64,000 bases of DNA from an uncultured Actinomycetota bacterium (lineage in GTDB: Bacteria > Actinomycetota > Actinomycetes > JAHEKZ01). Positions 12,373-21,461 of this stretch are shown here, one piece after another. The translations under genes and the position numbers were made by a program. Each line of letters opens with the position of its first letter. Position 1 is the first letter of the stretch. The stretch is taken from the NCBI GenBank assembly GCA_963743915.1, contig CAVURN010000002.1, positions 160,001 through 224,000 of the forward strand. Reading direction: 5' to 3'. The notes beneath the pieces are model-generated. The model saw only the letters and a list, made by a program, of their open reading frames with translations. It searched no databases and was not told where the DNA came from.

Positions 12373-13653
12373 TCAGCCGTCGTGCGCGCGGCCCAGATGG
12401 ACGGTCACGACTGCTCCACCCTTGGGCCCCTGCTCCCGCTCCAACGACCCGCCGGACGCCGCTGCGGTGCGGCGGGCGATGTCGAGTCCGAGACCGGTGG
12501 AGCCGGCGCCTGACCGTCCGCGGGTCTCCGCGTGCGCGAGCCGCCAACCCGGACCCTCGTCGGACACGGTCAGCACGACCTGCGCGCCCCCTGCGTCGAG
12601 ACTGATGGCGAAGGCGCAGCCGGACGGGGTGTGGGCGAAGACATTGCCGAGCAGGGCGTCGACCGTGGCCGCGAGGTCCGTGGCCGTGCAGGCGACGACC
12701 ACGGGGTGACCGGGGAGGGTCACGTCGACCCTCCGCTCCTCGTCCTCCGCCAGAGCCGACCAGAAGGCGATCCGGCCGCTGATGACGGCGTTGGCGTCGC
12801 ACCGAGCCTCCACGCCCTCGCGGATCGGTCGTCGTGCCTCGGTGATCACCGCGTCCACCGTGCGGGTGAGGGCCCCGATGTCGTCGACCAGGCGCTCCCG
12901 CTCCGGTCCGGCGGGCAGGCTCTCGGCGTCCAGGCGAAGCGCGGTGACCGGCGTGCGCAGCCGGTGGCTGAGGTCGGCCACGGCTTCGCGCTCCGCATGG
13001 AGGAGCTCGACGATGCGGCTGCCGAGACGGTTGAGCGCCACCGCCACCGACCGGGTCTCCGGCGGCCCTCGCGGTTCGGCACGGGCGTCGAGGTCTCCCG
13101 TGGCGAGCCGGTCGGCGGTCTGGGCGACCTCCTCGATCGGGGCGATGAACGACCGGGCCAGGCCGTCGGCCACCGCCAGGGCGAGGAGGAGCAGCACGAA
13201 GGCCAGGCCCAGCAGCGCCAGGCGTGCCTTGAGCACGCCCTCGCTCAGCTGGTCCTGTCCCACCAGGACCCGGATGACGGCGGTCCCCTCGGGCAGCCCC
13301 AGGATGGGCACGGCGACCTCGCGTCCGGCCTCGGTGTCGACCACCACCGTGCGCCCGGTCTTGGCCAGGCGCACAGCGTCCGAGACCGGGGCGGCGGCCC
13401 CGAGCTGGCCGGCACCCGGCAGGTACACGGTCACCGGCGGACCCTCGTCGGCGTTGATCTGGTCGACGGCCAGCCCCACCGCCCGCGGGGGGGCCTGACC
13501 GATCACCGGAACCAGGGACTGCACGCGCAGCACGGCGGTGGAGGTGGCACGGGTCTCGGCCACCGACTTCACCAGCACGGCGAGCGGGACGAGGAAGGCC
13601 AGCAGGATGAGCACGGACGTCGCGGTGACGGTGAGCAGCAGACGGCGGCGCAC
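12373..13653 (-). CDS. Two-component sensor histidine kinase (2 TM, HAMP, HisKA, HATPase)
   Basis: DLSHRLRTPVTAL H-box, LLGNVFAHT N-box, DEGPG, GSTGLGLDI. Confidence 0.93.
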   Translation of the reverse strand: MRRRLLLTVTATSVLILLAFLVPLAVLVKSVAETRATSTAVLRVQSLVPVIGQAPPRAVGLAVDQINADEGPPVTVYLPGAGQLGAAAPVSDAVRLAKTGRTVVVDTEAGREVAVPILGLPEGTAVIRVLVGQDQLSEGVLKARLALLGLAFVLLLLALAVADGLARSFIAPIEEVAQTADRLATGDLDARAEPRGPPETRSVAVALNRLGSRIVELLHAEREAVADLSHRLRTPVTALRLDAESLPAGPERERLVDDIGALTRTVDAVITEARRPIREGVEARCDANAVISGRIAFWSALAEDEERRVDVTLPGHPVVVACTATDLAATVDALLGNVFAHTPSGCAFAISLDAGGAQVVLTVSDEGPGWRLAHAETRGRSGAGSTGLGLDIARRTAAASGGSLEREQGPKGGAVVTVHLGRAHDG

Positions 13654-13655
13654 GG

Positions 13656-14342
13656 TCAGCTCCCCGGGGGGGCGAGCTTGACCCCGACCCCGCGCACCGT
13701 GTGCAGGTAGCGGGGGGCGGCCGCGGACTCACCCAGCTTGCGGCGCAGCCAGGAGAGATGGACGTCGACGGTCTTGTCGGCGCCCGACGGAGGCTGACGC
13801 CAGACCTCGGTGAGCAGCTCGCGCTTGCTGACCACCACCCCAGGACGCTCCATCAGGTACTGGAGGAGGTCGAACTCACGGGGCGTCAGGTCGAGCGGCT
13901 CCCCGTCGAGGGACGCCGTACGGGCACTGGCCGACACCGCCAGGCCCGCCACCTCGAGGACCTCGGGGGCAGCCGCACCGCCGCGGGTACGCCGCAGCAC
14001 GGCGCGGATCCGGGCATCCAGCTGGGCCGCGCTGAAGGGCTTGGCCAGGAAGTCGTCCGCCCCGGAGTTCAGGGCCCGCACCGCCGTCGGGTCGTCGTCC
14101 CGGGCGGTCGCGACGATGACGGGCACCTCACTGACGGCGCGGAGCATCCGGAGCGCCTCGGACCCGTCGAGGTCGGGGAGACCGAGGTCCAGCACCACCA
14201 GGTCGGGCTGCTCGTCCACCGCGGCGCGCAACCCGCTGAGCGCGTCGGGAGCCGAGCTCACGGCGTGACCGAGGTCGGCCAAGGCGCGCAGGAGGGCACT
14301 GCGGATCGAGGGGTCGTCCTCCACCACGAGCACCTGGGCCAC
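13656..14342 (-). CDS. OmpR-family response regulator
   Basis: VLVVEDD, LVVLDLGLPDLDG, GADDFLAKPF, LTPREFDLL, VDVHLSWLRRKL, TVRGVG. Confidence 0.95.
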   Translation of the reverse strand: MAQVLVVEDDPSIRSALLRALADLGHAVSSAPDALSGLRAAVDEQPDLVVLDLGLPDLDGSEALRMLRAVSEVPVIVATARDDDPTAVRALNSGADDFLAKPFSAAQLDARIRAVLRRTRGGAAAPEVLEVAGLAVSASARTASLDGEPLDLTPREFDLLQYLMERPGVVVSKRELLTEVWRQPPSGADKTVDVHLSWLRRKLGESAAAPRYLHTVRGVGVKLAPPGS

Positions 14343-14362
14343 ATGCGGAGGGTAACGGCCCA

Positions 14363-14953
14363 GTGGTCCCGGTCGGTGCACCGATGAGGCACCCTGGGAG
14401 GGTGCGCGGTGGTCGAGGAGTCCCGACGGTGCTGTGGGTCGTCTTCGTCGCGGTGGCCGTCGTCAGCGGGTGGGTGGCCGTGCAGATGGTGGGTGCCGCG
14501 ATCGCCCCGGCCTCGGTGGCGGTCCTCAGCGCCGGTGAGGTCAGCTCGCGCCTGGCGACGAGCACCCCGGTCCCGCAGAGCTCGGCCACCCACCGGCCGT
14601 CCGACCGGCCGTCGGACAAGCCCAGCAACCCGGCGCCGAGTGGCACCGACCGTCCGGGGTCCAGTCCTGCTCCCTCCGGCTCCACGCAGGCTCCCAGCAG
14701 CACGGTCGTCCGCACGCTCGTCTCGCGCGGTGGCAGCGTCGTCGCCTCGTGCAGCGGCTCCACCGTCTATCTGCGATCGGCCAGTCCTGCCGTCGGCTAC
14801 GACTTCGACGAGTGGGACCGCGGCCCAGCCGCGGAGGCCGAGGTGCGCTTCAGCGGTGACTCGGGCGAGGTGAAGATGCAGGTCACCTGCCGCGCGGACG
14901 GGGTCCCGACGGCCAGGGTCGAGTCGGATGCCGAGTCAGGCGAGGACGGCTGA
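14363..14953 (+). CDS. Membrane-anchored exported protein with Pro/Ser linker and small Cys-pair C-terminal domain
   Basis: N-terminal TM helix, low-complexity linker, GGSVVASC...SPAVGY...EVRF...C; divergent from the TCS; start uncertain. Confidence 0.7.
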   Translation: MVPVGAPMRHPGRVRGGRGVPTVLWVVFVAVAVVSGWVAVQMVGAAIAPASVAVLSAGEVSSRLATSTPVPQSSATHRPSDRPSDKPSNPAPSGTDRPGSSPAPSGSTQAPSSTVVRTLVSRGGSVVASCSGSTVYLRSASPAVGYDFDEWDRGPAAEAEVRFSGDSGEVKMQVTCRADGVPTARVESDAESGEDG

Positions 14954-15964
14954 ACGGTCCGACGGCCACGGTCCGCGCCGCCGGGTGCTGAGGAGCACCT
15001 CGAGGGTCGCGATCCACACCAGGCAGGCGCCGAGCATGTGCAGTGACACCAAGGTGACCGGCACACCGGTGAAGTACTGGGTGTAGCCGATGAGCGCCTG
15101 GACGCCGCACGCCGCGAGCAGCGCCGCGCCGGCTCTCGCGGCCGCCGGCGGCGCATCGCTGAGCCGGGCTCCCAGCGTGAAGGCGACGGCGAGCCCGAGG
15201 AACAGCAGCACGACGTCGGCGTGCAGCCAGCTCATCATCCGTACGTCGAGGTCGAACCGGGCCAGGGCCTCGGCGTCGCCCGAGTGCGGCCCGGAGCCGG
15301 TGACCACGGTGCCGAGAACCAGGACGGCGACGCCCAGCACGAGCAGCGCCACGGCCACCCAGCGGAGCTCCCGCCGCACCACGACCGTCACGGGCCGGTC
15401 GTCGACGTCGGTGGCCCGTCGGTAGAGCAGGTAGGAGAGGGCGATCATCACCATCGACAGCAGGAAGTGGGCAGCGACGGTGGCAGGGTGCAGGTCGAGC
15501 AGCACGGTGATGCCGCCGAGCACCGCCTGCCCGAAGATCCCCACGATGACGCCGAGTGCGAGCCACACCAGGGGAGGACGGACGCGTCCCGGGGCTCCGA
15601 GCCGGGCCACGGTGGGAAAGCGACGCGCCAACCAGGGACGCAGGACCACCACCAACGCGGCGACCGCGGCCACCAGCACCGCGAAGGTCAGCAGTCGGTT
15701 GCCGAACTCGATGAAGCGGTGGAAGCCCTCCGACTGCGTCGCGACCGGCACGATGCTGCCGTCGGTGCACTCCGGCCAGGTGGGGCACCCGAGGCCTGAC
15801 CCGGTGAGGCGCACGAGGCCACCGGTGACGACGATGCCCACCTCGGCCACCACGCTCGCGAGCAGGATCCGACGTCCGACGAGGCCGACCGCACCCTGGG
15901 TGAGCGGGCTGCTCAGAGAGGGGAGGGAGGTTTCGCTCACTGCCTCAGGCGGATGCGCGGACAC
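14936..15964 (-). CDS. ctaA: Heme A synthase COX15/CtaA family
   Basis: TGGLVRLTGSGLGCPTWPEC, IEFGNRLL, QAVLGGITV, AAHFLLS, GTVVTGSGPHSGD, VSLHMLG. Confidence 0.93.
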   Translation of the reverse strand: MSAHPPEAVSETSLPSLSSPLTQGAVGLVGRRILLASVVAEVGIVVTGGLVRLTGSGLGCPTWPECTDGSIVPVATQSEGFHRFIEFGNRLLTFAVLVAAVAALVVVLRPWLARRFPTVARLGAPGRVRPPLVWLALGVIVGIFGQAVLGGITVLLDLHPATVAAHFLLSMVMIALSYLLYRRATDVDDRPVTVVVRRELRWVAVALLVLGVAVLVLGTVVTGSGPHSGDAEALARFDLDVRMMSWLHADVVLLFLGLAVAFTLGARLSDAPPAAARAGAALLAACGVQALIGYTQYFTGVPVTLVSLHMLGACLVWIATLEVLLSTRRRGPWPSDRSAVLA

Positions 15965-15982
15965 CTCACGAGCGTAACGTCG

Positions 15983-16744
15983 TCAGGTGGAGAGCTCTCC
16001 CCGGACCACCGAGTCGCGGGAGTGCACCGGATCACCGTCGAACGGCTCGAGCGAGACGTCGACGACGCGGTACTGGGACAGGTCCAGGCCGTCGGGGACA
16101 GGGAACCGTCCCGACTCCGCGGTGAGTGCGCCAAGACCGACCATCGCGAAGGTGTCGGGGTCGATCAGCCACACCTCGTAGAAGCCCTCGCCGCCGCTCA
16201 GCCCGGACACGTCCACGACGAGCTCGGTGCCGTCGGCCGTCTCGACGATCTCGGCCGCCCCTTGTCCCTGGTGCTCGGGCAGGGCCGCCAGCTGCGTCTC
16301 CGCCACGAGGGACGGCGGGGGTGCTGCGACGGGGGCGGGTTCGGAGCTCACGAACGTGTCGGCCCCGACGGCCACCGCCGCGCCCACCAGAAGGCCGGCC
16401 ACCGATGCGGCCACGAGGAACGAGGTCGGCCAACGTCGGCTGCGCACCAAGGGCACCACGACTCCTGACGGCGCCTCGGAGGGTGGCGAGGCGTCATCGG
16501 CAGTCTCGGTGGTCGTGAGCCCGAGTTCGCGACTGATGCCGTCCCACACGTGAGAGGGAGGCGGCTGCGGAGCGTCGAGCCGGGTGGTCGACCGACCGGC
16601 CGCCAGCAGGCTGTGCCACTGCGCCAGCTCCGCCCGGCACTGCGGGCAGCCCTCGACATGCCGGGCCATGGCGCCGGGCAGGGGTTCGCCCGTCGCGTGC
16701 AGCGCCAGGAGGTCGTCGGGCGCGTGGAGGTCAGACTGCGACAC
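15983..16744 (-). CDS. RskA-like anti-sigma factor (ZAS motif, TM helix, RskA C-terminal domain)
   Basis: HVEGCPQC (HxxxCxxC), PPPSHVWDGI, TM, YEVWLI...VDVSLEP. Confidence 0.88.
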   Translation of the reverse strand: MSQSDLHAPDDLLALHATGEPLPGAMARHVEGCPQCRAELAQWHSLLAAGRSTTRLDAPQPPPSHVWDGISRELGLTTTETADDASPPSEAPSGVVVPLVRSRRWPTSFLVAASVAGLLVGAAVAVGADTFVSSEPAPVAAPPPSLVAETQLAALPEHQGQGAAEIVETADGTELVVDVSGLSGGEGFYEVWLIDPDTFAMVGLGALTAESGRFPVPDGLDLSQYRVVDVSLEPFDGDPVHSRDSVVRGELST

Positions 16745-17360
16745 CGTCGACCTCCAATCTGCTGCGCAGTCTCAGCAGACTGCGTCGGATGTGGCTCTTG
16801 ACCGTCCCCAGGGGCAGGGACAGCCGTTCGGCGATCTGCTGGTGGGTCAGGTCGTCGTAGAAGGCCAGCTCCATGATCTGGCGCTGGGGCTGGTCGAGAC
16901 GTGCGAGCTCATCGGCGATGAGCACGCGGTCTGCGACCCGCTCCACTGGCTCTTCGGTCGCAGGCTCGCTCTCGGATGCACGTCCGGCGGCGTCGACACG
17001 TCGCTGCTCGCGGGTGCGTGACTCCCAGTGGTCGGCGATCCGGCGTCGGGTGATCCCGAGCAGCCAGGCGGGCAGGGCGGCCTGCGCGGGGGAGTAGCGG
17101 TGCCGCCCGCGCCAGGCGGAGACGAAGACTGCCTGGGCGACGTCGTCCGCGTCGTGGCTGCTGCCGGTGGAGCGGAGCGCGACCGTGTGGATCAGGCCAC
17201 CCCAGCGTCGGTAGGCCTCCTCCAGTGCCCACTCGTGGCCGTCGGCGAACGCGCGGCCGACGTCGGCGTCGGTGACCGAGGCGTCGGCCGGCACAGGCGT
17301 GAGGTCCACGGGGAAGACGCTAGCGCGACCCGGGAGCAGCGTGAGGGTCGGTGACGTCAT
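16731..17360 (-). CDS. ECF sigma-70 factor (SigK-like)
   Basis: DADDVAQAVFVSAW, WLLGITRRR, LAFYDDLTHQQIA, PLGTVKSHIRRSL; coupled to anti-sigma. Confidence 0.93.
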   Translation of the reverse strand: MTSPTLTLLPGRASVFPVDLTPVPADASVTDADVGRAFADGHEWALEEAYRRWGGLIHTVALRSTGSSHDADDVAQAVFVSAWRGRHRYSPAQAALPAWLLGITRRRIADHWESRTREQRRVDAAGRASESEPATEEPVERVADRVLIADELARLDQPQRQIMELAFYDDLTHQQIAERLSLPLGTVKSHIRRSLLRLRSRLEVDGVAV

Positions 17361-18046
17361 CGCTCGGCCCCCGCGCTCTTCGAGTCGAGGGGCCGCGCCA
17401 CCACGACCACGTTCTCCTGGTAGCCACCCGCCTCCGGGAGGTACGGGACCACCGCAGGTGATGAGGACCAGACGGGGCTGGCCGGTCCGGCGGAAGAGCG
17501 CGTCCGGAAGTGCTCGCCTTGTCGATGCTGCGCAGGGCCACCACCTCGTAGCGCAGGGACCGAGTCCCCGCCCTGACCACGCACCGGGTCACCGGCCCGC
17601 AGCTCGTCGAGGTCGAAGAGGGCACCGGGGCCCTCGGCGTCGGTGTCACGGTGGCCGATGAGCACCGACGAGCCGGACGAGTCGCCGGGGCGGGACCCGA
17701 ACTGGTACCAGCCCACGAGGTCACCGTCGCGGGGGATCTCTGCGTCGCCACGGGGGGTCACCCCGGTCGCCACGACGGCGGCGTCGACGCCCAATGAGGG
17801 GACCAGGACCCGCTCCGGACGAGGCACGGGTGGCTGCGCACTGCTGCGCCCTGCGCCTCCCGTCGCGGTGTCCGACGGCCGGGGCACCTCCCGGGCCGCC
17901 TGATCATCGGTGGTGCGCGAGAAGCTGTCGACCGGGTCGGCGGGTGCCTCCTGCTGCGCCGCCAGTGACACCGACGCCCAGACGGCCGTCACCGCAGCGA
18001 CCGCCAGGACGGTCGCTGCGGTGACGGTGGATCGGGTCCGTGTCAT
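17357..18046 (-). CDS. Class F sortase (frameshifts ~17440-17560)
   Basis: N-terminal TM, VGWY...PG..GSSVLIGHRD, RLVLITCGG (alternate frame ~17450), YQENVVVVA. Confidence 0.88.
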   Translation of the reverse strand: MTRTRSTVTAATVLAVAAVTAVWASVSLAAQQEAPADPVDSFSRTTDDQAAREVPRPSDTATGGAGRSSAQPPVPRPERVLVPSLGVDAAVVATGVTPRGDAEIPRDGDLVGWYQFGSRPGDSSGSSVLIGHRDTDAEGPGALFDLDELRAGDPVRGQGGDSVPALRGGGPAQHRQGEHFRTRSSAGPASPVWSSSPAVVPYLPEAGGYQENVVVVARPLDSKSAGAER

Positions 18047-18060
18047 GCGGCTTGATCGCT

Positions 18061-18864
18061 CTAGCGGCGCGCAGCCACGAGGCGGACCGACGCTGCCGAG
18101 CCGATCAGCAGCGAGCCGACGAGAGCGGCGACGAGCCACCCGTTGGTCGAGCCGGAGGTGCTGGCCAGGCCAGCCTCACCGGCGTTGACGGCGCCCGGTG
18201 CCGAGTGCAGCCCGTCGATCGTCTGGACAGCGACCGCGAACGATCCGTCCTCGACCGAGCCCCAGGCGTAGGCAATGGTGTTGACGCCCTCGGCCAGGTC
18301 GACGTCCTCGCTCCAGACCGCCTTGCCGCCACCTGCGGGGACGATCCCGACGCGGTAGCTGTCGGCCGGGACGTCGGCGACAGCCTCGTCGCCGTTGACG
18401 AGTCCGGATGCCAGCACGTCGCCATTGGCCTCGATGTCGACCTCGGGGGCGGCGGCGGTGTGCCGGACGGTCACGCGGGCCTCGCCGGCGGCCACCGACG
18501 AGATGTCGTTCTCGAACGGGGTCACCGTGGGCTCACCCTTGGCGTCGAGGTGGGCGACGATCGTGTAGCTTCCCCCGGCTGCGACCGGAACGTCGGCCGG
18601 CCCGAGGAGCACGGTCTGCTTGTCGTCCTTGTCGGTGATCTCCACCGAGTAGGTGTCGGCGGGCAGCTCCAACGGCCCCGCCAGGTCGCCAGGCTTGAAG
18701 TTGTCCAGCGTGAGGTCGCCGTTCACGTAGACGTCGACCGTGAGGTCCGGGATGCCGTGCAGGACCGACACCGAGGCGTCGTCAGCGGCCTGCGCTGCTC
18801 CGGCTGGGAACAGGGCGAGCGGGACAGCGACGCCGATCAGTGCGGCGGCTCGTGAGAGGCGCAT
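18061..18864 (-). CDS. DUF4397 secreted protein with C-terminal sortase sorting signal
   Basis: Signal peptide (AQA), VSVLHGIPDLTVDVYVNG, TVRHTAAAPEVDI, C-terminal PGAVNAG + hydrophobic helix + RR. Confidence 0.88.
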   Translation of the reverse strand: MRLSRAAALIGVAVPLALFPAGAAQAADDASVSVLHGIPDLTVDVYVNGDLTLDNFKPGDLAGPLELPADTYSVEITDKDDKQTVLLGPADVPVAAGGSYTIVAHLDAKGEPTVTPFENDISSVAAGEARVTVRHTAAAPEVDIEANGDVLASGLVNGDEAVADVPADSYRVGIVPAGGGKAVWSEDVDLAEGVNTIAYAWGSVEDGSFAVAVQTIDGLHSAPGAVNAGEAGLASTSGSTNGWLVAALVGSLLIGSAASVRLVAARR

Positions 18865-18918
18865 GAAGGTACTCCCTCGTCAGGGCGGCGCCGGTGCGAC
18901 CGCCAGGTGTACCCGTGC

Positions 18919-18945
18919 TTCTGTCGCGGCTGCTCAGATGGATGC
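18919..18945 (-). promoter_or_regulatory. Putative SigK-type ECF promoter of the DUF4397 operon
   Basis: Minus strand GCATCC-N16-CAGAA, 55 bp upstream of the DUF4397 ATG; resembles mycobacterial SigK consensus CCATCC-N15/16-CCGAA. Confidence 0.7.
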
Positions 18946-18977
18946 ACAACGTGTGAACAACTTTGCTCGCGGCTCGG

Positions 18978-19754
18978 TCACTCCCAGCGGAACCAGCGGC
19001 TCACCGCCGCGGCCGCGACGACGCACCACACGACGAGCACGGCGACCAGGGACCAGACCAGCGTCCCGTCCGCGCAGGCCCGCCGGAGGGCCTCGGCGAG
19101 GGCCGCTGACGGCAGCAGCTGGACGAACGGCTGGACGCCCTCCGGGAGCTGATCGAGCGGGACCACGACGCCCGCACCCGCGAGCAGCAGGTAGGCCAGG
19201 TTGGCGACGGCCAGCGTCGCCTCGGCCCTGACGACGCCCGCGAGCAGGAGCGCGAGAGCGGCCAGGGCGGCGCTGCCGAGCAGCGTCAACGGCACCAGGA
19301 GCAGGAGTCCGACGGCCTCCGGCCGCCAGCCGAGAGCGCCGCCGATCGCGCCCAGCAGGAGGATCTGTGCGACCTCCACCACGAGCACCGCGACGGCTTT
19401 GCCCCCGAGGACGTCCGACCGGCTGAGCGGGGTGGTCCCCACCCGGCGGAGCACGCCGTAGCGACGCTCGAACCCGGTCTGGATGGCGAGGGCGGTGAAG
19501 GACGTGGAGAGGATGGCCAGCGCGACCATGCTGGGCACCACCACGTCGAGACGTTCGGTGCGGGTCCCGCCGCCGATGTCGATGACGTCGGTGAGGGTCA
19601 GCACCAGCAACAGGCCCACGGGCAGGACGACCGTCAGGAGCAGCTGCTCGCCGTTGCGCAGGAGCATGGTCAGCTCGAGCCGGCCGTGCGCGAGCACCCG
19701 CCGGCTGCGGGCGGCTGCGGCCGGGGCCGGCGTGAGGTCGAGGGTGTGCGTCAC
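18978..19754 (-). CDS. ABC-2 type exporter permease
   Basis: LRNGEQLLL, TGFERRYGVLRR, six hydrophobic segments; typical neighbour of ctaA/sufR. Confidence 0.92.
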   Translation of the reverse strand: MTHTLDLTPAPAAAARSRRVLAHGRLELTMLLRNGEQLLLTVVLPVGLLLVLTLTDVIDIGGGTRTERLDVVVPSMVALAILSTSFTALAIQTGFERRYGVLRRVGTTPLSRSDVLGGKAVAVLVVEVAQILLLGAIGGALGWRPEAVGLLLLVPLTLLGSAALAALALLLAGVVRAEATLAVANLAYLLLAGAGVVVPLDQLPEGVQPFVQLLPSAALAEALRRACADGTLVWSLVAVLVVWCVVAAAAVSRWFRWE

Positions 19755-20668
19755 GGGCGCAGCTCCTCACCGGTGAGGGCGAGGAACACGTCCTCGAGGC
19801 TCCGCCGCTCGGTGCTGATGCTGCTGGGGTCGGCACCGACGGTGGTGAACCACCGGGTCAGCAGCGGCAGGACGGCGGCGGCGGTGGGAGCGGTGACCAC
19901 GTAGCTGCCCGGTTCGGGCTCGACGACGGTCGCGTGGGTCGGCAGGGCTCGGCGCAGCGCCGTCAGGTCCAGTCCCGGCGTGGCGGTGAAACGCACGGCC
20001 TCGCCGGCCCGCTGGGCCACGAGCTCGTCGGGGCGCCCGGCGGCGATGCTGTGTCCCCGGTCGATGATCACCACGTGGTCGGCCAGCTGTTCGGCCTCGT
20101 CGAGGTAGTGCGTGGTGAGCACCACGGCGACGCCGGCGTTCCGCAGGCTGCGCACCAGGTCCCACACGGCGAGGCGGGACTGCGGGTCGAGGCCGGCGGT
20201 CGGCTCGTCCAGGAAGACCAGCTCGGGTCGTCCGACCAGGGCCAGGGCGACCCCGAGCCGCTGCCGCTGGCCGCCGGAGAGGCGTCGGGCGGGGGTGCCG
20301 GCCACGTCCTCGAGGCCCAGGACCGCGAGCAGGTCGCCGACCGGGTGGGGGTGGGCGTAGAGCGCGGAGGCGTGCCGCAGCGCCTCGCGCGTGGACACCG
20401 AGCCGTAGACCCCGCCCTCCTGGAGCATGACGCCGACCCTGGGTCGCAGATCCGGGTCGCGGGGAGCCAGTCCCAGGACCTCCACCGAGCCCGCGTCAGC
20501 CGTCCGCAGGCCCTCGCAGACCTCCAGCGTGGTGGTCTTTCCGGCGCCGTTGGGGCCCAGGACGGCGGTCACGGCACCGGCAGCGGCGGTGAGGTCGAGC
20601 GAGTCGACGACCGGCCGACCCCCGTAGCGCTTCACGAGGCCACGGAGGCGCAGGGCGGGGGTCGACAC
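19751..20668 (-). CDS. ABC exporter ATP-binding subunit
   Basis: GPNGAGKTT, LSGGQRQR, VFLDEPTAGLD, LTTHYLDEA. Confidence 0.95.
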   Translation of the reverse strand: MSTPALRLRGLVKRYGGRPVVDSLDLTAAAGAVTAVLGPNGAGKTTTLEVCEGLRTADAGSVEVLGLAPRDPDLRPRVGVMLQEGGVYGSVSTREALRHASALYAHPHPVGDLLAVLGLEDVAGTPARRLSGGQRQRLGVALALVGRPELVFLDEPTAGLDPQSRLAVWDLVRSLRNAGVAVVLTTHYLDEAEQLADHVVIIDRGHSIAAGRPDELVAQRAGEAVRFTATPGLDLTALRRALPTHATVVEPEPGSYVVTAPTAAAVLPLLTRWFTTVGADPSSISTERRSLEDVFLALTGEELRP

Positions 20669-20719
20669 GCCTCCGAGGGTAGAGAGGGACCCTGAGGGTG
20701 CACTCCCGGGGCTTTTACG

Positions 20720-20733
20720 CAACAATGACGTTG
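20720..20733. promoter_or_regulatory. SufR operator
   Basis: CAAC-AATGAC-GTTG matches the SufR consensus CAAC-N6-GTTG, inside a TTTT...AAAA-flanked inverted repeat overlapping the sufR GTG. Confidence 0.8.
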
Positions 20734-21461
20734 TGAAAATCGCCGCAGTCCTGCCGGACGGATCTGCGACCGACCTCCAGCACGAGGGGGCCGGTCGCGA
20801 CCGGGTCGCCGCCTCGCTGCTCACCGAGGGGCCGGCCACCGCGTCCCAGCTCGCCGAGCGGCTCGGGATCAGCGCCACGGCCGTTCGCCGGCACCTCGAG
20901 TCGCTGGTCGCCGCCGGAGCCGTCGAGGCCTCCGAGCGTCCGCCCTACGGTCCCGCTCCGGCGCGAGGTCGCGGACGGCCCGCGCGCACCTTTGCGCTCA
21001 CCGCCGAGGGCCGCGCGCAGTTCCCTGCCGAGTACGACGCACTGGCGCTCGACGCCCTCGGGTTCGTCGCCGCTGTCGGGGGAGACGACGCCGTCCACGC
21101 ATTCGCCGAGCACCGCGCCGCCGAGCTCGAGACCAGGCTGGTGTCGATCCTCGGCGACGACTGGCGCACGACCACCCCTGAGCGCCAGGTGCAGGCCTTT
21201 GCCGCGGCCCTCTCCGAGCTCGGCTACGCGGCCAGCACGGACCCGGCCCCCGGCGGCGTCCAGGTCTGCCAGCACCACTGCCCCGTGGCGCACGTCGCCA
21301 CCCGGTACCCCCAGCTGTGCGAGGCCGAGACCGAGGCCTTCGCCCGGTTGCTCGGGCGTCACGTGCAGCGGCTCGCCACGATCGCCCACGGCGACGGCGT
21401 GTGCACCACCGTCATCCCGCTCACCCCCACCTCCCACCCGACGGAGAGGACTTCCGCATGA
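20733..21461 (+). CDS. sufR: Fe-S cluster regulator SufR
   Basis: N-terminal HTH (AVRRHL), GRGRP, CQHHCPV...QLCEAE...GDGVCTT; first gene of suf operon. Confidence 0.93.
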   Translation: MKIAAVLPDGSATDLQHEGAGRDRVAASLLTEGPATASQLAERLGISATAVRRHLESLVAAGAVEASERPPYGPAPARGRGRPARTFALTAEGRAQFPAEYDALALDALGFVAAVGGDDAVHAFAEHRAAELETRLVSILGDDWRTTTPERQVQAFAAALSELGYAASTDPAPGGVQVCQHHCPVAHVATRYPQLCEAETEAFARLLGRHVQRLATIAHGDGVCTTVIPLTPTSHPTERTSA

